DNA from: Candidatus Makana argininalis
GTDB taxonomy: Bacteria > Pseudomonadota > Gammaproteobacteria > Enterobacterales > Enterobacteriaceae
Length of the DNA stretch: 64,000 bases
Reading direction: 5' to 3'
NCBI GenBank assembly: GCA_044442785.1
Contig: JBISJT010000001.1
Span: forward strand, 48,831-112,830
A program made the position numbers and the translations under genes. Shown here one piece after another: positions 10,914 through 22,400 of this stretch. Position 1 is the first letter of the stretch; each line of letters starts with the position of its first letter. A model generated the notes under the pieces. The model searched no databases. It was not told the origin of the DNA and saw nothing but the letters and a program-made list of their open reading frames with translations.

Positions 10914-11774
10914 ATGGTTAAAAAATATTTAATAATTTATTCAATTAATCCTTTTATATTTAAATTAGGAAAATTATATTTTAGATGGTATGGTTTTATG
11001 TATATAATAGGATTCATTTGTGCTTCGATTTTATCAAAAAAAAAAAAATATAATATAAAAATAATGTTTATTTATAAAAAAAAAATAGAAAATTTAATTT
11101 ATTATATTTTTTTAGGTATTTTTATAGGAGGAAGAATAGGTTATGTTTTACTATATAAAACAATAAATTTTTTAAATAATCCATCTTATATATTTAAAAT
11201 ATGGTATGGTGGTATGTCATTTCATGGTGGTTTAATAGGAGTATTATTCACAATAAAGTTGTTTTTAATTAAAAATAGAAATATAAATTTTTATAAAATT
11301 ACTGATTTTATTTCTACTATAATTCCATTATGTATTGGAATTGGCAGATTAGGTAATTTTATAAATGGCGAATTATATGGAATTGTTTCTATTAATTTGC
11401 CTATAATAGTTTTATTTCAAAATTCATTAAAAGATGATTTTAAATTTATTTCAAAATATCCTAAATTTAAATTAATATTTAATAAATATGGAAGATTACC
11501 TCGACATCCTTCTCAAATTTATGAATCTCTTTTAGAAGGTTTAATGTTATTTATTATAATGAATTTTTTTATTAAAAAAAAAAGACCAGTAGGAAGTATA
11601 TCTGGTTTATTTCTTATATTATATGGATCATTTAGGTTTTTATTAGAATATTTAAGACAATATGATGATACATTAATCTTATTAAATTATTTTACTATAG
11701 GACAAATATTATCAATACCTATGATATTATTAGGTTTTTATTTGATTAATAATTCATACAAAAAAAATATTTAA
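10914..11774 (+). CDS. lgt: prolipoprotein diacylglyceryl transferase
   Basis: 286 aa polytopic membrane protein. Contains RWYGFMYIIGF, GGMSFHGGLIG, GRLGNFINGELYG and HPSQIYE. Confidence 0.9.
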   Translation: MVKKYLIIYSINPFIFKLGKLYFRWYGFMYIIGFICASILSKKKKYNIKIMFIYKKKIENLIYYIFLGIFIGGRIGYVLLYKTINFLNNPSYIFKIWYGGMSFHGGLIGVLFTIKLFLIKNRNINFYKITDFISTIIPLCIGIGRLGNFINGELYGIVSINLPIIVLFQNSLKDDFKFISKYPKFKLIFNKYGRLPRHPSQIYESLLEGLMLFIIMNFFIKKKRPVGSISGLFLILYGSFRFLLEYLRQYDDTLILLNYFTIGQILSIPMILLGFYLINNSYKKNI

Positions 11775-11888
11775 TTAAATTAAATATTTTATTGTTATAA
11801 AATTTTATTTTATTTTTAATACAGTATTTATTAAATTAAAATATTTAAATATGAATTAAATAAATTAAAAATCAATTGGAGATAATTA

Positions 11889-12470
11889 ATGTTAAATAAT
11901 ATTAAAAAAGAAATTTTAGAAAGTAAAAATTTTAAAAAAAAAAATGAAGATAAAAATATAAAATTAGAAAATAAAAAAAATCAAATTAAATCACTAAATG
12001 AAAAAAAAAAATATATTGAAAAATTAGAAACATCTTTAAAAGAGGTAAAAGAAATATCAAATAACAATTTTATACGATATAGAGCTGAAATAGAAAATTT
12101 AATAAAAAGAAATGAAAAAGATATAGAAAAATCAAATAAATTTGCTATTGAAAAATTTGCTATTGAATTATTACCAGTGATTGACAGTTTAGAAAAAACT
12201 ATAGATATGTTTGATAAAAAAAATTTAGAACTAAAATCTATTTTAGAAGGTTTAAATTTAACATTGAAATTTTTATTAAATACTTTCAATAAATTTGGAA
12301 TTAATGTGATAAATAATATAAATGTAATATTTGATCCTAATATTCATCAAGCAATGAATTTAATAACATCAGAAAAATTTAAATCTAATCATGTTATTAA
12401 TATAATACAAAAAGGATATATACTGAACGGAAGATTAATTCGACCCGCAATGGTAAGTGTATCAAAATAA
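11889..12470 (+). CDS. grpE: nucleotide exchange factor GrpE
   Basis: 193 aa. Has a coiled-coil N-terminal part, RYRAEIEN, and C-terminal GY.LNGRLIRPAMV. Confidence 0.9.
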   Translation: MLNNIKKEILESKNFKKKNEDKNIKLENKKNQIKSLNEKKKYIEKLETSLKEVKEISNNNFIRYRAEIENLIKRNEKDIEKSNKFAIEKFAIELLPVIDSLEKTIDMFDKKNLELKSILEGLNLTLKFLLNTFNKFGINVINNINVIFDPNIHQAMNLITSEKFKSNHVINIIQKGYILNGRLIRPAMVSVSK

Positions 12471-12546
12471 ATTTTTTTAAAAAAAATTTATTATAATCGC
12501 TATGATAAATAGCGATTATAATAAATTTTTTTTAAAAAAATTTATT
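12466..12546. terminator. 81-bp perfect hairpin (38-bp arms, 5-nt loop) between convergent grpE and ung; candidate bidirectional terminator
   Basis: Every base from 12466-12503 pairs with 12546-12509 (checked base by base). The loop is 12504-12508. The left arm overlaps the grpE stop codon. Confidence 0.5.
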
Positions 12547-12592
12547 ATAAAATTAAAAATAATAAATTAAAAATTTAAATCATTATTGAATT

Positions 12593-13243
12593 TCAATTAA
12601 TAGGTGTTTTTATAATTTTTTTTAAAATAAAATTAGTTTTAGAAAAATGTTTACAACCTAAAAATCCATAATGATATGATAATGGACTTGGATGATAAGT
12701 TTTTAAAATAAAATGTTTATTAGAATTTATAAATTTAATTTTTTTTTGAGCATAATTACCCCATAATAAAAAAATTACTTCTTTTAAGTGATCGTTGATT
12801 ATTTGAATAACTAAATCTGTAAATTTTTCCCAACCTATATTTGCATGTGAATTTGGTTTTTTATGTTCAACTGTTAAAATAGAATTTAATAAAAATACAC
12901 CTTGATCTGACCAGCTTTTCAAAAATCCATGTTTAGGTATAACAAAATTACTAATATCGTTATTTAATTCTTTATAAATATTTTTTCATGAAGGAGGTAT
13001 TTTGATACCTTTATTAACAGAAAAAGCTAAACCATTAGCTTGATTAAAATCACAATATGGATCCTGTCCTATTATAACTACTTTTATATTTTTAAATTTA
13101 GTAAATTTAAAAACATTAAATACTTCATTTGAATTTGGATGTATTATTTTACCATATGATCTTTTTTTATTAATAAAATCAATCATTTTTTTAAAAAAAA
13201 TCATTTTTTTAACATCAAATAAAACATCAGACCATGTATTCAT
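12593..13243 (-). pseudogene. ung: uracil-DNA glycosylase, single in-frame TGA (12986-12988) in an otherwise continuous frame
   Basis: The two track ORFs (12986..13243 and 12593..12922) are in the same frame. The 63 nt between them read KNIYKELNNDISNFVIPKHGF, versus E. coli [21 protein letters not shown]. The GQDPY and HPSPLS motifs are present. Confidence 0.75.
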
Positions 13244-13594
13244 TTATAAATATATTTAGTATGTAATTTTTTAATTTTTAGTTTAATTATTGTATTGATG
13301 TATTTAAAAATATTTCAATATAAATTTAAAAATGTTATTAATTTTATAAAAATTTTATTTTTAATATGTTACAAATTTTTAATATATATTAATTTTTAAA
13401 TTAATATAAAAAATTAATTTTAATTGACTTATATATTAATTATTAATAATAATTAAAAAATTAGTAAAAAAAATATATTTAAAATAATAATAAAATAATT
13501 TTATTTATTTTCAAAAATCTTTAATATATTAAATTAATTAAATCAAAAAAAAATAAAAAAATTAATTTATATATTAATTAAGGATATATGTTTT

Positions 13595-16129
13595 ATGATA
13601 GAATCAAATAAAAATGAAAAAAATATATTGATAGAAGAAGAACTTAAGAAATCTTATTTAGATTATGCTATGTCTGTGATTATTGGAAGAGCTTTACCAG
13701 ATGTAAGAGATGGTTTAAAACCTGTACATAGAAGAATTTTATTTGCAATGTATATTTTAAAAAATTTTTTTAATAAAAATTATAAAAAATCTGCCAGAAT
13801 AGTAGGTGATGTTATAGGAAAATATCATCCACATGGAGATTCAGCTGTATATGATACTATAGTACGAATGGCTCAATCTTTTTCATTAAGATATAAATTA
13901 ATAAAAGGACAAGGTAATTTTGGTTCTATTGATGGTGATTCTGCAGCAGCTATGAGATATACAGAAATAAAAATGTCAAAAATATCACATGAATTAATGT
14001 CTGATATAGAAAAGAATACAATTGATTATTATCTAAATTATGACGGAACACATAAAATTCCAACTATTTTACCCTCAAAAATTCCAAATTTATTAATAAA
14101 TGGATCATCTGGAATAGCTGTTGGAATGGCTACTAATATACCATCTCATAATATATCAGAAATTATTGATGGTTGTTTAGCATATATTAAAAATGAAAAT
14201 ATAACCTTAAATGAATTAATGAAATATATACCAGGACCTGATTTTCCTACTTATGCTATTATAAAAGGAACAGAAGGTATAAAAAAAGCTTATAAAACCG
14301 GATATGGAAAAATATATATAAAATCAAGAGCAAAAATAAAAAAATATGGAAAACATGGACGTGAATGTATCATTATAAATGAAATACCTTATCAAGTAAA
14401 TAAATCTAAATTGATAAAACAAATATCAAATTTAATAAAATATAAGAAAATTGAAGGAATAAGTAATATAAGGGATGAATCAGATAAAGATGGTATGAGA
14501 ATAGTAATAGAGATTAAAAAATATAGCATAACTTCTATTATTCTTAAAAAACTATTTTTAAATACCCAATTACAAATATCTTTTGGAATAAATATGGTAG
14601 CTCTTTGTAATGGTCAACCTAAATTACTTTCATTAAAAAAAATTATATATTATTTTATTAAACATAGAAAAGAAATAATTATAAGAAAAACAATTTTTAA
14701 ATTAAAAAAATTAAAAGAAAGATATAAAATCATAGAAGGTTTATATATAGCTATTAATAATATAGATTATATTATAAATTTAATTTTAAAATCTAAAACA
14801 CCAAAAAAAGCAAAAATTAGATTATTATCTAAATCATGGAATTTTAATAAAAAATTTATTTTATTAAAAAAATGTAAAAATAATATATTTTATAAAAAAA
14901 TAAAAAAAGAAAAAACAAAAATTCAAAATAATACTTATTATTTAAATAATAATCAAGCAAAAGCTATTTTAAATCTTAAATTACAAAATATTACTTGTAT
15001 TGAAAAAAATAATATTAAAAAAGAATATATTATTATTTTTGATAAAATAAAAAAATATAAAAATATATTAAATAACAACAATGAATTAATTAAAATAATA
15101 AAATCAGAATTAATAGAAATAAAAGAAAAATATCAAGATAAAAGAAAAACAGAAATTTTAAATAATATTAAACATAATGATAAAAAAAATATATTAAATA
15201 GTAAAAACATTATTATAACTCTTTCATACAATGGATATATTAAATATAATCAAATTTCAGAATATGAATCTCAGCATAGAGGAGGAAAAGGAAAATCTAT
15301 ATCTAAAATAGAAGAAGAAGATTTTATAAAAATAATACAAATTGCAAATACATATGATACAATTCTTCTTTTTTCTAACTTTGGAAAAATATATTGGTGT
15401 AAAGTAGAACAAATAAAAAAATATGATAATAAAAGCAAGGGTATAAATATATTAAATATTATTTCTTTATCTGATAGAGAAATAATAACATTTATTTTTC
15501 CAATAAATAAATATATTAAAAAAAAATTTATTATAATTTCAACTGAAAAAGGAATAGTAAAAAAAACTTCAATAATAAATTTTTTTAGAAAACGTAAAAA
15601 AGGTATAAGAGCTATAAAATTAAAAAAAAATGATAATATAATAGATATAAATATTACAAATGGTAATAATGATATTATGTTATTTTCATCATATGGAAAG
15701 GTAGTTAAATTTAATGAAAAAGAAGTAAGAAATATGAATAGAAATTCTTCAGGTGTGAAAGGTATTAATATGGTTGAAGGAGATATGTTAATATCTATGG
15801 TTATACAAAAAGAAACTAAAAGCACTATATTAACCATAACAAAAAACGGATATGGAAAACGTACTTATATATCAGAATATCCTTCTAAATCTAGAGCAAA
15901 ATGTGGAATTATATCAATAAATTTAAAAAAAAGAAATGTAAGAGTTGTTGGATCTATTCAAGTTGAAGATTCAGATAAAGTTTGTATTATAACAAATAGA
16001 GGTATGTTAGTTATTATCAATGTAAATGAAATAAATATTGTTAAAAGAAATACACAAGGTGTTATTTTAATTAAAACAGAAAAAAATGAACAAGTTATTG
16101 GTATTAAAAAATTACCTAAAGATTTTTAA
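13595..16129 (+). CDS. gyrA: DNA gyrase subunit A
   Basis: 844 aa. Contains [16 protein letters not shown], the [10 protein letters not shown] quinolone-resistance region, and AAMRYTE. Confidence 0.95.
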   Translation: MIESNKNEKNILIEEELKKSYLDYAMSVIIGRALPDVRDGLKPVHRRILFAMYILKNFFNKNYKKSARIVGDVIGKYHPHGDSAVYDTIVRMAQSFSLRYKLIKGQGNFGSIDGDSAAAMRYTEIKMSKISHELMSDIEKNTIDYYLNYDGTHKIPTILPSKIPNLLINGSSGIAVGMATNIPSHNISEIIDGCLAYIKNENITLNELMKYIPGPDFPTYAIIKGTEGIKKAYKTGYGKIYIKSRAKIKKYGKHGRECIIINEIPYQVNKSKLIKQISNLIKYKKIEGISNIRDESDKDGMRIVIEIKKYSITSIILKKLFLNTQLQISFGINMVALCNGQPKLLSLKKIIYYFIKHRKEIIIRKTIFKLKKLKERYKIIEGLYIAINNIDYIINLILKSKTPKKAKIRLLSKSWNFNKKFILLKKCKNNIFYKKIKKEKTKIQNNTYYLNNNQAKAILNLKLQNITCIEKNNIKKEYIIIFDKIKKYKNILNNNNELIKIIKSELIEIKEKYQDKRKTEILNNIKHNDKKNILNSKNIIITLSYNGYIKYNQISEYESQHRGGKGKSISKIEEEDFIKIIQIANTYDTILLFSNFGKIYWCKVEQIKKYDNKSKGINILNIISLSDREIITFIFPINKYIKKKFIIISTEKGIVKKTSIINFFRKRKKGIRAIKLKKNDNIIDINITNGNNDIMLFSSYGKVVKFNEKEVRNMNRNSSGVKGINMVEGDMLISMVIQKETKSTILTITKNGYGKRTYISEYPSKSRAKCGIISINLKKRNVRVVGSIQVEDSDKVCIITNRGMLVIINVNEINIVKRNTQGVILIKTEKNEQVIGIKKLPKDF

Positions 16130-16158
16130 TAAATTAAATTTAATATTTTAAAATATAT

Positions 16159-16947
16159 TTAGTTGAAAATGAAAAAAGGTAATATTTCATCTTTTCTTAA
16201 AGTTAAAATTTCACATCCTTCTTTATTTATAACAATTGTATGTTCATATTGTGCAGAGATTTTACTATCTTTCGTTTTAACTGTCCATCCATCTTTCATT
16301 AAATTAACTTTATTACTTCCTAAATTTATCATTGGTTCAATTGTAAACACCATGCCATCTTTTAAATAAATATTCCCTTCATTAGAATCAAAATGTAATA
16401 TTTGAGGATATTCATGAAAATAATTTCCTATACCATGACCACAATATTCACGTACTACTGAAAAATTTTTTGATTCAACAAAATTTTGTATTTTTTTTCC
16501 TATTTCTTTAATTTTTATTCCAGGTCTGATAATTAGTATTGCAAGATAAAGACTATCTCTTGCTATTTTACATAATTTTTTTGTAATTTTAGATGGTTCT
16601 CCAACAAAAAACATTTTAGATGTGTCTCCATAAAATCCATTTTTAAAAATAGCAACATCTATATTTAAAATATCACCATTTTTAAGAATTTGATTATAAC
16701 TAGGTATTCCATGACATACAACTTCATTTACAGAAATACAAACAGATTTAGGAAAACCATTATATCCTAAAGATGCAGATTTTACATTTAAATTTTTAGT
16801 TATATATTGATAACATAAATAATCAATTTCTCCTGTACTTATACCAGGTTTAATATAAGGTTCTATTATTTCTAATACTTTAGCTGACATTCTTCCAGCA
16901 ATTCTTAAATTATTTATTTTATTTAAATTTTTAATATGAATACTCAT
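16159..16947 (-). CDS. map: methionine aminopeptidase type I
   Basis: 262 aa (E. coli 264). Contains VCHGIP, DIVNIDV-like, CGHGIG and EPM. It is divergent from rpsB, as in E. coli. Confidence 0.95.
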   Translation of the reverse strand: MSIHIKNLNKINNLRIAGRMSAKVLEIIEPYIKPGISTGEIDYLCYQYITKNLNVKSASLGYNGFPKSVCISVNEVVCHGIPSYNQILKNGDILNIDVAIFKNGFYGDTSKMFFVGEPSKITKKLCKIARDSLYLAILIIRPGIKIKEIGKKIQNFVESKNFSVVREYCGHGIGNYFHEYPQILHFDSNEGNIYLKDGMVFTIEPMINLGSNKVNLMKDGWTVKTKDSKISAQYEHTIVINKEGCEILTLRKDEILPFFIFN

Positions 16948-16975
16948 TTATCTAACCTATATTAGGTATATTAAA

Positions 16976-17058
16976 TTTTTTAATTTATTAAATAAATAAT
17001 AACATATATATGTTTTAAAAACATATATATGTTATTATTTATTTAATAAATTAAAAAA
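16976..17058. repeat. 83-bp perfect palindrome (41-bp arms around one central A) in the map/rpsB divergent spacer
   Basis: 16976-17016 pairs base for base with 17058-17018. The first mismatch is at 16975/17059. Confidence 0.9.
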
Positions 17059-17079
17059 ACAAATAAAAGAGAGTGTACT

Positions 17080-17766
17080 ATGTCTAATATTTCAATTCAT
17101 GAAATGATAAATGCAGGAGTTCATTTTGGACATCAAACTCGTTATTGGAATCCAAAAATGAAACCTTTTATATTTGGTGCTCGTAATAAAATTCATATAA
17201 TAAATTTAGAAAAAACTATATTAATGTTTAATAAAGCTTTATCAGAAATTAATATTTTGTCATCTAAAAAAAAAAAAATATTATTAATAGGTACAAAAAA
17301 AGCAGCTAGAATTGCAATTAAAGATACAGCAATTAGATGTGGTCAATTTTTTGTTAATCATAGATGGTTAGGAGGCATGTTAACAAATTGGAAAACTGTT
17401 CGTAATTCAATTAAAAATTTAAAAAATTTAGAAAATCAATTAACCGATGGTACTTTTAAAAGCTTATCAAAAAAAGAAATTCTCATAAGAACTAGAAAAT
17501 TAAATAAATTAGAAAATAGTTTAGGGGGTATAAAAGATATGAATGGCCTTCCTGATGCTATTTTTGTTATAGATGCAAAACATGAAAGTATTGCTATTAA
17601 AGAAGCTATAAATATTAATATTCCAATATTTGCTATTGTAGATACTAACTCTAATCCTGAAGGTATTGATTTTATTATTCCTGGTAATGATGATTCTAAA
17701 CGTGCAATAAATCTTTATTTAATTGCATTATCTAATGCTATGCAAAATATTGAAGATAAAAATTAA
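17080..17766 (+). CDS. rpsB: 30S ribosomal protein S2
   Basis: 228 aa. N-terminus matches [19 protein letters not shown]. Confidence 0.95.
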   Translation: MSNISIHEMINAGVHFGHQTRYWNPKMKPFIFGARNKIHIINLEKTILMFNKALSEINILSSKKKKILLIGTKKAARIAIKDTAIRCGQFFVNHRWLGGMLTNWKTVRNSIKNLKNLENQLTDGTFKSLSKKEILIRTRKLNKLENSLGGIKDMNGLPDAIFVIDAKHESIAIKEAININIPIFAIVDTNSNPEGIDFIIPGNDDSKRAINLYLIALSNAMQNIEDKN

Positions 17767-17891
17767 TATATAATATATATATTTAATTTAAAAATTAATA
17801 ACTATTTTTTTAAAAAATAATTTTTAATTTTAAAAAATGTAATTTATATAAAAAATATTTAATTTCAATTATAGTTAATAGGAAAATAAAT

Positions 17892-18683
17892 ATGAATAAT
17901 ATTAACATTGATGATATAAAAAAATTACGTAAATTAACTGGTATTGGTATTTTAGAATGTAAAAAATCTCTAATTAAATCAAAAGGAAATATAAAATTAG
18001 CTATTGATATTATTCGTAAATATGGAACAAAAATATCTATTTTAAAAACGAATAATACAATTTCAAATGGTATTATTTTAATTCAAAAATCTGAAAAAAA
18101 AAAAATTATAATTATGTTAGAAATAAAATGTGAAACAGATTTTGTGTCAAAAAATATTAAATTCAAATTATTTGGAAAAAAAATTTTAAATTATATTTTA
18201 AATAAAAATATATATGATATTAACTTAATAAATATTAAATTTAAATCAAAACTTGAATATTTAGTATCTAAAATATGTGAAAATATAAAAATAACCAGAT
18301 TAAGTTATTTAAAAGGGGAAAATTTAGGATTTTATTTACATAGATCACGTATTGGTGTTATTATATCATCAATAAAATGTAAAGAAAGTATTTTAAATAA
18401 AATAGCTATGCATATAGCAGCATATAAACCAAAATATATAAATACAATAGACATATCAAATAATTTATTAAATCATGAAAAAAATATACAAATGGAAATT
18501 GCAATTAATTCTGGAAAAACATATAAAATATCGAAAAAAATAGTTGTAGGAAGAATGGATAAATTTATACAAGAAATTACATTAAATAATCAAGAATTTA
18601 TTATAGACAATAAAAAAACAATAAATCAAATTTTATCATTAAATAAAACTAAAATAAATAATTTTATTTTATTTGAGATATAA
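17892..18683 (+). CDS. tsf: elongation factor Ts
   Basis: 263 aa. N-terminal VKELRERTGAGMMDCKKAL-like KLRKLTGIGILECKKSL; follows rpsB. Confidence 0.9.
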   Translation: MNNINIDDIKKLRKLTGIGILECKKSLIKSKGNIKLAIDIIRKYGTKISILKTNNTISNGIILIQKSEKKKIIIMLEIKCETDFVSKNIKFKLFGKKILNYILNKNIYDINLINIKFKSKLEYLVSKICENIKITRLSYLKGENLGFYLHRSRIGVIISSIKCKESILNKIAMHIAAYKPKYINTIDISNNLLNHEKNIQMEIAINSGKTYKISKKIVVGRMDKFIQEITLNNQEFIIDNKKTINQILSLNKTKINNFILFEI

Positions 18684-18746
18684 TTAAATATATTATTTTT
18701 TCATTAAATAATTACAATTTATTAATTTTTAAACAAGGTGATATTT

Positions 18747-19304
18747 ATGATTAATGAGATTAATAATATAAATATTAAAATGAATAAATGTATTACATCA
18801 TTAAAAATTAAATTAAATGAAATCAGAACAAGTAAAGCGTCTCCTGATTTTTTAAAAAAAATTAAAATAAAATGTTACAATAATATATATACTTTAGATA
18901 AATTATCTAATATTAATACTGAAAGTTATAATTCTCTTTCCATTAATGTATTTGATATTAAATTATTAAATTTAATAAAAAAAACTATTTTATCTTCAAA
19001 TTTAGGTTTAAATCCAATTTTATTCAATAATACAATTAAAGTTCATCTACCTCAAATTAATGAAAATAGAAGAAAAGAACTAGTAAAGTTAGTAAAAAAA
19101 TATTCAGAAATGAGTAAAATTACAATAAGAAATATAAGAAGATATTATATATTAAAAATTAAACTTTTACTTAAAAAAAAGTTAATTTGTAAAGATGATA
19201 ATGATAAATTACAAAAAGAAATACAGAAAATTACAGATTTTTATATTAAAAAAATTAAAATTTTGTTTTTAAATAAAGAAAATTCACTATTAAAAATTAT
19301 ATAA
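18747..19304 (+). CDS. frr: ribosome recycling factor
   Basis: 185 aa from the ATG at 18747 (AAGGTGA lies 8 nt upstream). MNKC..IRTSKASP and LNP motifs are present. The track ORF starts at GTG 18738. Confidence 0.9.
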   Translation: MINEINNINIKMNKCITSLKIKLNEIRTSKASPDFLKKIKIKCYNNIYTLDKLSNINTESYNSLSINVFDIKLLNLIKKTILSSNLGLNPILFNNTIKVHLPQINENRRKELVKLVKKYSEMSKITIRNIRRYYILKIKLLLKKKLICKDDNDKLQKEIQKITDFYIKKIKILFLNKENSLLKII

Positions 19305-19401
19305 AAATATTTTAAAAAAAATAAAAATTAATTTATTTTAAAAAATTTAATTTTTTAAAATATAATATTAATTAATTAATAATTAAAAATGGATTTTATT
19401 T

Positions 19402-22400
19402 ATGTCAGAGCCTAAATTTGTTCATTTAAGAGTACATAGTGATCATTCAATGATAGATGGAATTATTAAAATAAATAATTTAATAAAAACAGTAGTTAAT
19501 TTTAAAATGCCATCAATTGCTATTACAGATTTTTCTAATTTATGTGGTTTAATTAAATTTTATATAAAATCTTATAACTCAGGTATAAAACCAATTATTG
19601 GATCTGATGTTTTGATATATAATAATATTATAGAAAATGAAACATCAGAACTAACTATTTTGGCATTAAATAATAAGGGTTATAAAAATTTAATATCTAT
19701 GATTTCTGATTCATATAAAAATGGGTATAATATTAACGGTCCTGTAATAAATCAAGAATTACTTATTAAGTATAATGAAGGTTTAATATTAATCTCAGGT
19801 GCTAAAAATGGTGATCTTGGAAAATGTTTAATTAGAAATAATTTAATAAAAATAAAAAAATGTTTATTATTTTATAATAAATATTTTAAAAATAGATATT
19901 ATATAGAACTTATAAGAACTAAGAGAAATAATGAAGAATATTATATATCTTTAGCTTTAAATTTATCTAAAATTTATGGAATTCCATTAGTAGCTACAAA
20001 TGATGTTCGTTTTATTAAATCATCAGATTTTGAAGCACATAAAATAAGGGTTGCTATTAATAAGGGTATTACAATCAAAGAATATGAAGTTTTAAATAAT
20101 TATAGCTCTGAACAATATTTAAAAAAAGAAAAAGAAATGTTAAAATTATTTAACGATATTCCAGAATCTTTAATTAATTCTGTAGAAATTGCCAAAAAAT
20201 GTAATGTTACAATCACGTTAGATAAATATTATCTACCAGTTTTTAAAACAAATAATATTTCTAATGAAGAGTATCTTAATTTATGTGCTAAAAATGGTTT
20301 AAAAAAAAGATTAAAATCTATTTTTGATAAAAAAGAAATTAGATTTAAACAAAAAATAATTTATAAACAAAGATTAAAATCAGAATTAAAAATAATAAAT
20401 AAAATGAAATTTTCAAGTTATTTTCTTATTGTTATGGAATTTATAAAATGGGCAAAAAATAACAATATACCAGTAGGACCTGGTAGAGGATCAGGTGCGG
20501 GATCTCTTGTAGCTTATTCTTTAAATATAACTGATATCAATCCTATAAGTTTTGGTTTATTATTTGAAAGATTTTTGAATCCAGAAAGGATATCTATGCC
20601 TGATTTTGATATAGATTTTTGTATGGAAAAACGTGATAAAGTTATAGATCATGTATTATTTAAATATGGAAAACAACATGTTTCACAAATTATAACTTTT
20701 GGAACTATGACTGCTAAAGCAGTTATAAAAGATGTAGGTAGAGTACTAGGTCATTCATATAACTTTGTAAATAAAATTTCTAAATTAATTCCAAATGATT
20801 ATGGAATAAATATTGAAAAATCATTAATTAAATCATCTAAATTAAAATTATTATATAATAATAATGAAGAAATTAAAATATTAATAAATATGGCAAAAAA
20901 ATTAGAAGGAACAATACGTAATTTTGGAAAACATGCTGGAGGGTTAATTATTTCTCCATCAAAAATTACTGATTTTTCTCCTATTTATTGTGATTCTGAT
21001 GGTAAAAATATTATTACACAATTTGATAAAGATGATATCCAATGCATTGGATTAGTAAAATTTGATTTTTTAGGATTACGTACTTTAACGGTAATAAATA
21101 AAACATTATTAATGTTAAATAATTTACGCATTAAAAAAAAAATATCCCCAATTGAATTAAAATATATTAATTTAAATGATAAAAAAATTTTTAATATTTT
21201 AAAAAAATCAGAAACTACTGCTATATTTCAATTAGAATCAAAAGGAATGAAAGATCTTATAAAACGTCTTCAACCTGATTGTTTCGAAGATATAATAGCA
21301 CTTGTAGCTCTTTTTAGACCAGGACCTTTACAATCAGGAATGGTAGAAAAATTTATATCTCGTAAACATGGAAGAGAGAAAATATATTATCCAGATAAAA
21401 ATTGTCAACATGATTCTATTAAAAATATTTTAAATAATACATATGGTGTAATTTTATATCAAGAACAGGTAATGAAAATTGCTCAAATATTAGCAGGTTA
21501 TACATTAGAAAAATCAGATATTCTTAGAATAGCCATGGGAAAAAAAAAAAGAGATGAAATGTCTAAACAACGAGATTTTTTTAAAAAAGGATCTATTAAA
21601 AATGGAATAGATAGTAAATTATCTATGAAAATTTTTGATATTTTAGAAAAATTTTCAAGTTATGGATTTAATAAATCACATTCAGCAGCATATGCTTTAA
21701 TAACTTATCAAACATTATGGTTAAAAACTTATTTTCCATCTGAATTTTTATCTTCTGTTATGACATCTGATATGGATAATACATCAAAAATAGTAGAAAT
21801 TGTTCAAGAATGTGTAAGAATAGGTATTAAAATATTACCTCCTAATATAAATATTAGTGAATATAATTTTACTGTAAATAAATATGGTAACATACTTTAT
21901 GGACTTGGTGCTATAAAAGGACTTGGTAAAAATACTGTTAATTTGATCATAAATTCAAGAAATAAAAATGGTAAATTTTCAGGAATTTTTGATCTTTGTT
22001 CAAGATTAGATATTAAAAAAATAAATAAAAATGTATTAGAAAAATTAATTTTTTCAGGATCTTTAGATTGTTTTGGAATAAGTAGATATATATTAATTCA
22101 TTTAATTAATTATTTAATAAAAGCTTCAAATCAACATATAAAAAATAACTTTACAGGTCAAGTAGATATGTTTGGTATTTTATATAATAATTCAAAATAT
22201 ATAAATAATTTATTTAAATGTTTAAATAATAATATTCAAATAATTCTTGATGGTGAAATAAAAGCTTTAGGTTTTTATTTAACTAGTCATCCAATAATGC
22301 ATTATTTAAAAGAAATAAGATATTTTAAAAATATAACATATATTAAAAATATTAAAGAAATTAATCAAAATAAAATAATAAAAACAATAGGATTAATTAT

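Noticed and set aside
12986-12988. Genetic code 4 (UGA=Trp) as the explanation for the internal TGAs in ung and mnmA
   Set aside because: tRNA-Trp has anticodon CCA. TGA terminates glyQ at its conserved C-terminus and also ends smpB, ung and mnmA. The ung TGA aligns with a conserved Leu rather than Trp. The idea is kept only as something to exclude with the full genome.
15271-15837. 188-aa ORF antisense to gyrA, plus similar antisense ORFs at 8359-8676, 11981-12289, 16163-16369, 24958-25167, 25564-25908, 29565-29984, 30587-30826, 31517-31702, 39338-39520, 44103-44327, 45728-45940, 46857-47090, 52973-53161, 60716-61015 and 63640-63894
   Set aside because: All are embedded in well-supported conserved genes. 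Their Phe/Ile/Leu-rich translations are the mirror image of Lys/Asn/Ile-rich sense codons, and they show no start context or recognisable motifs.
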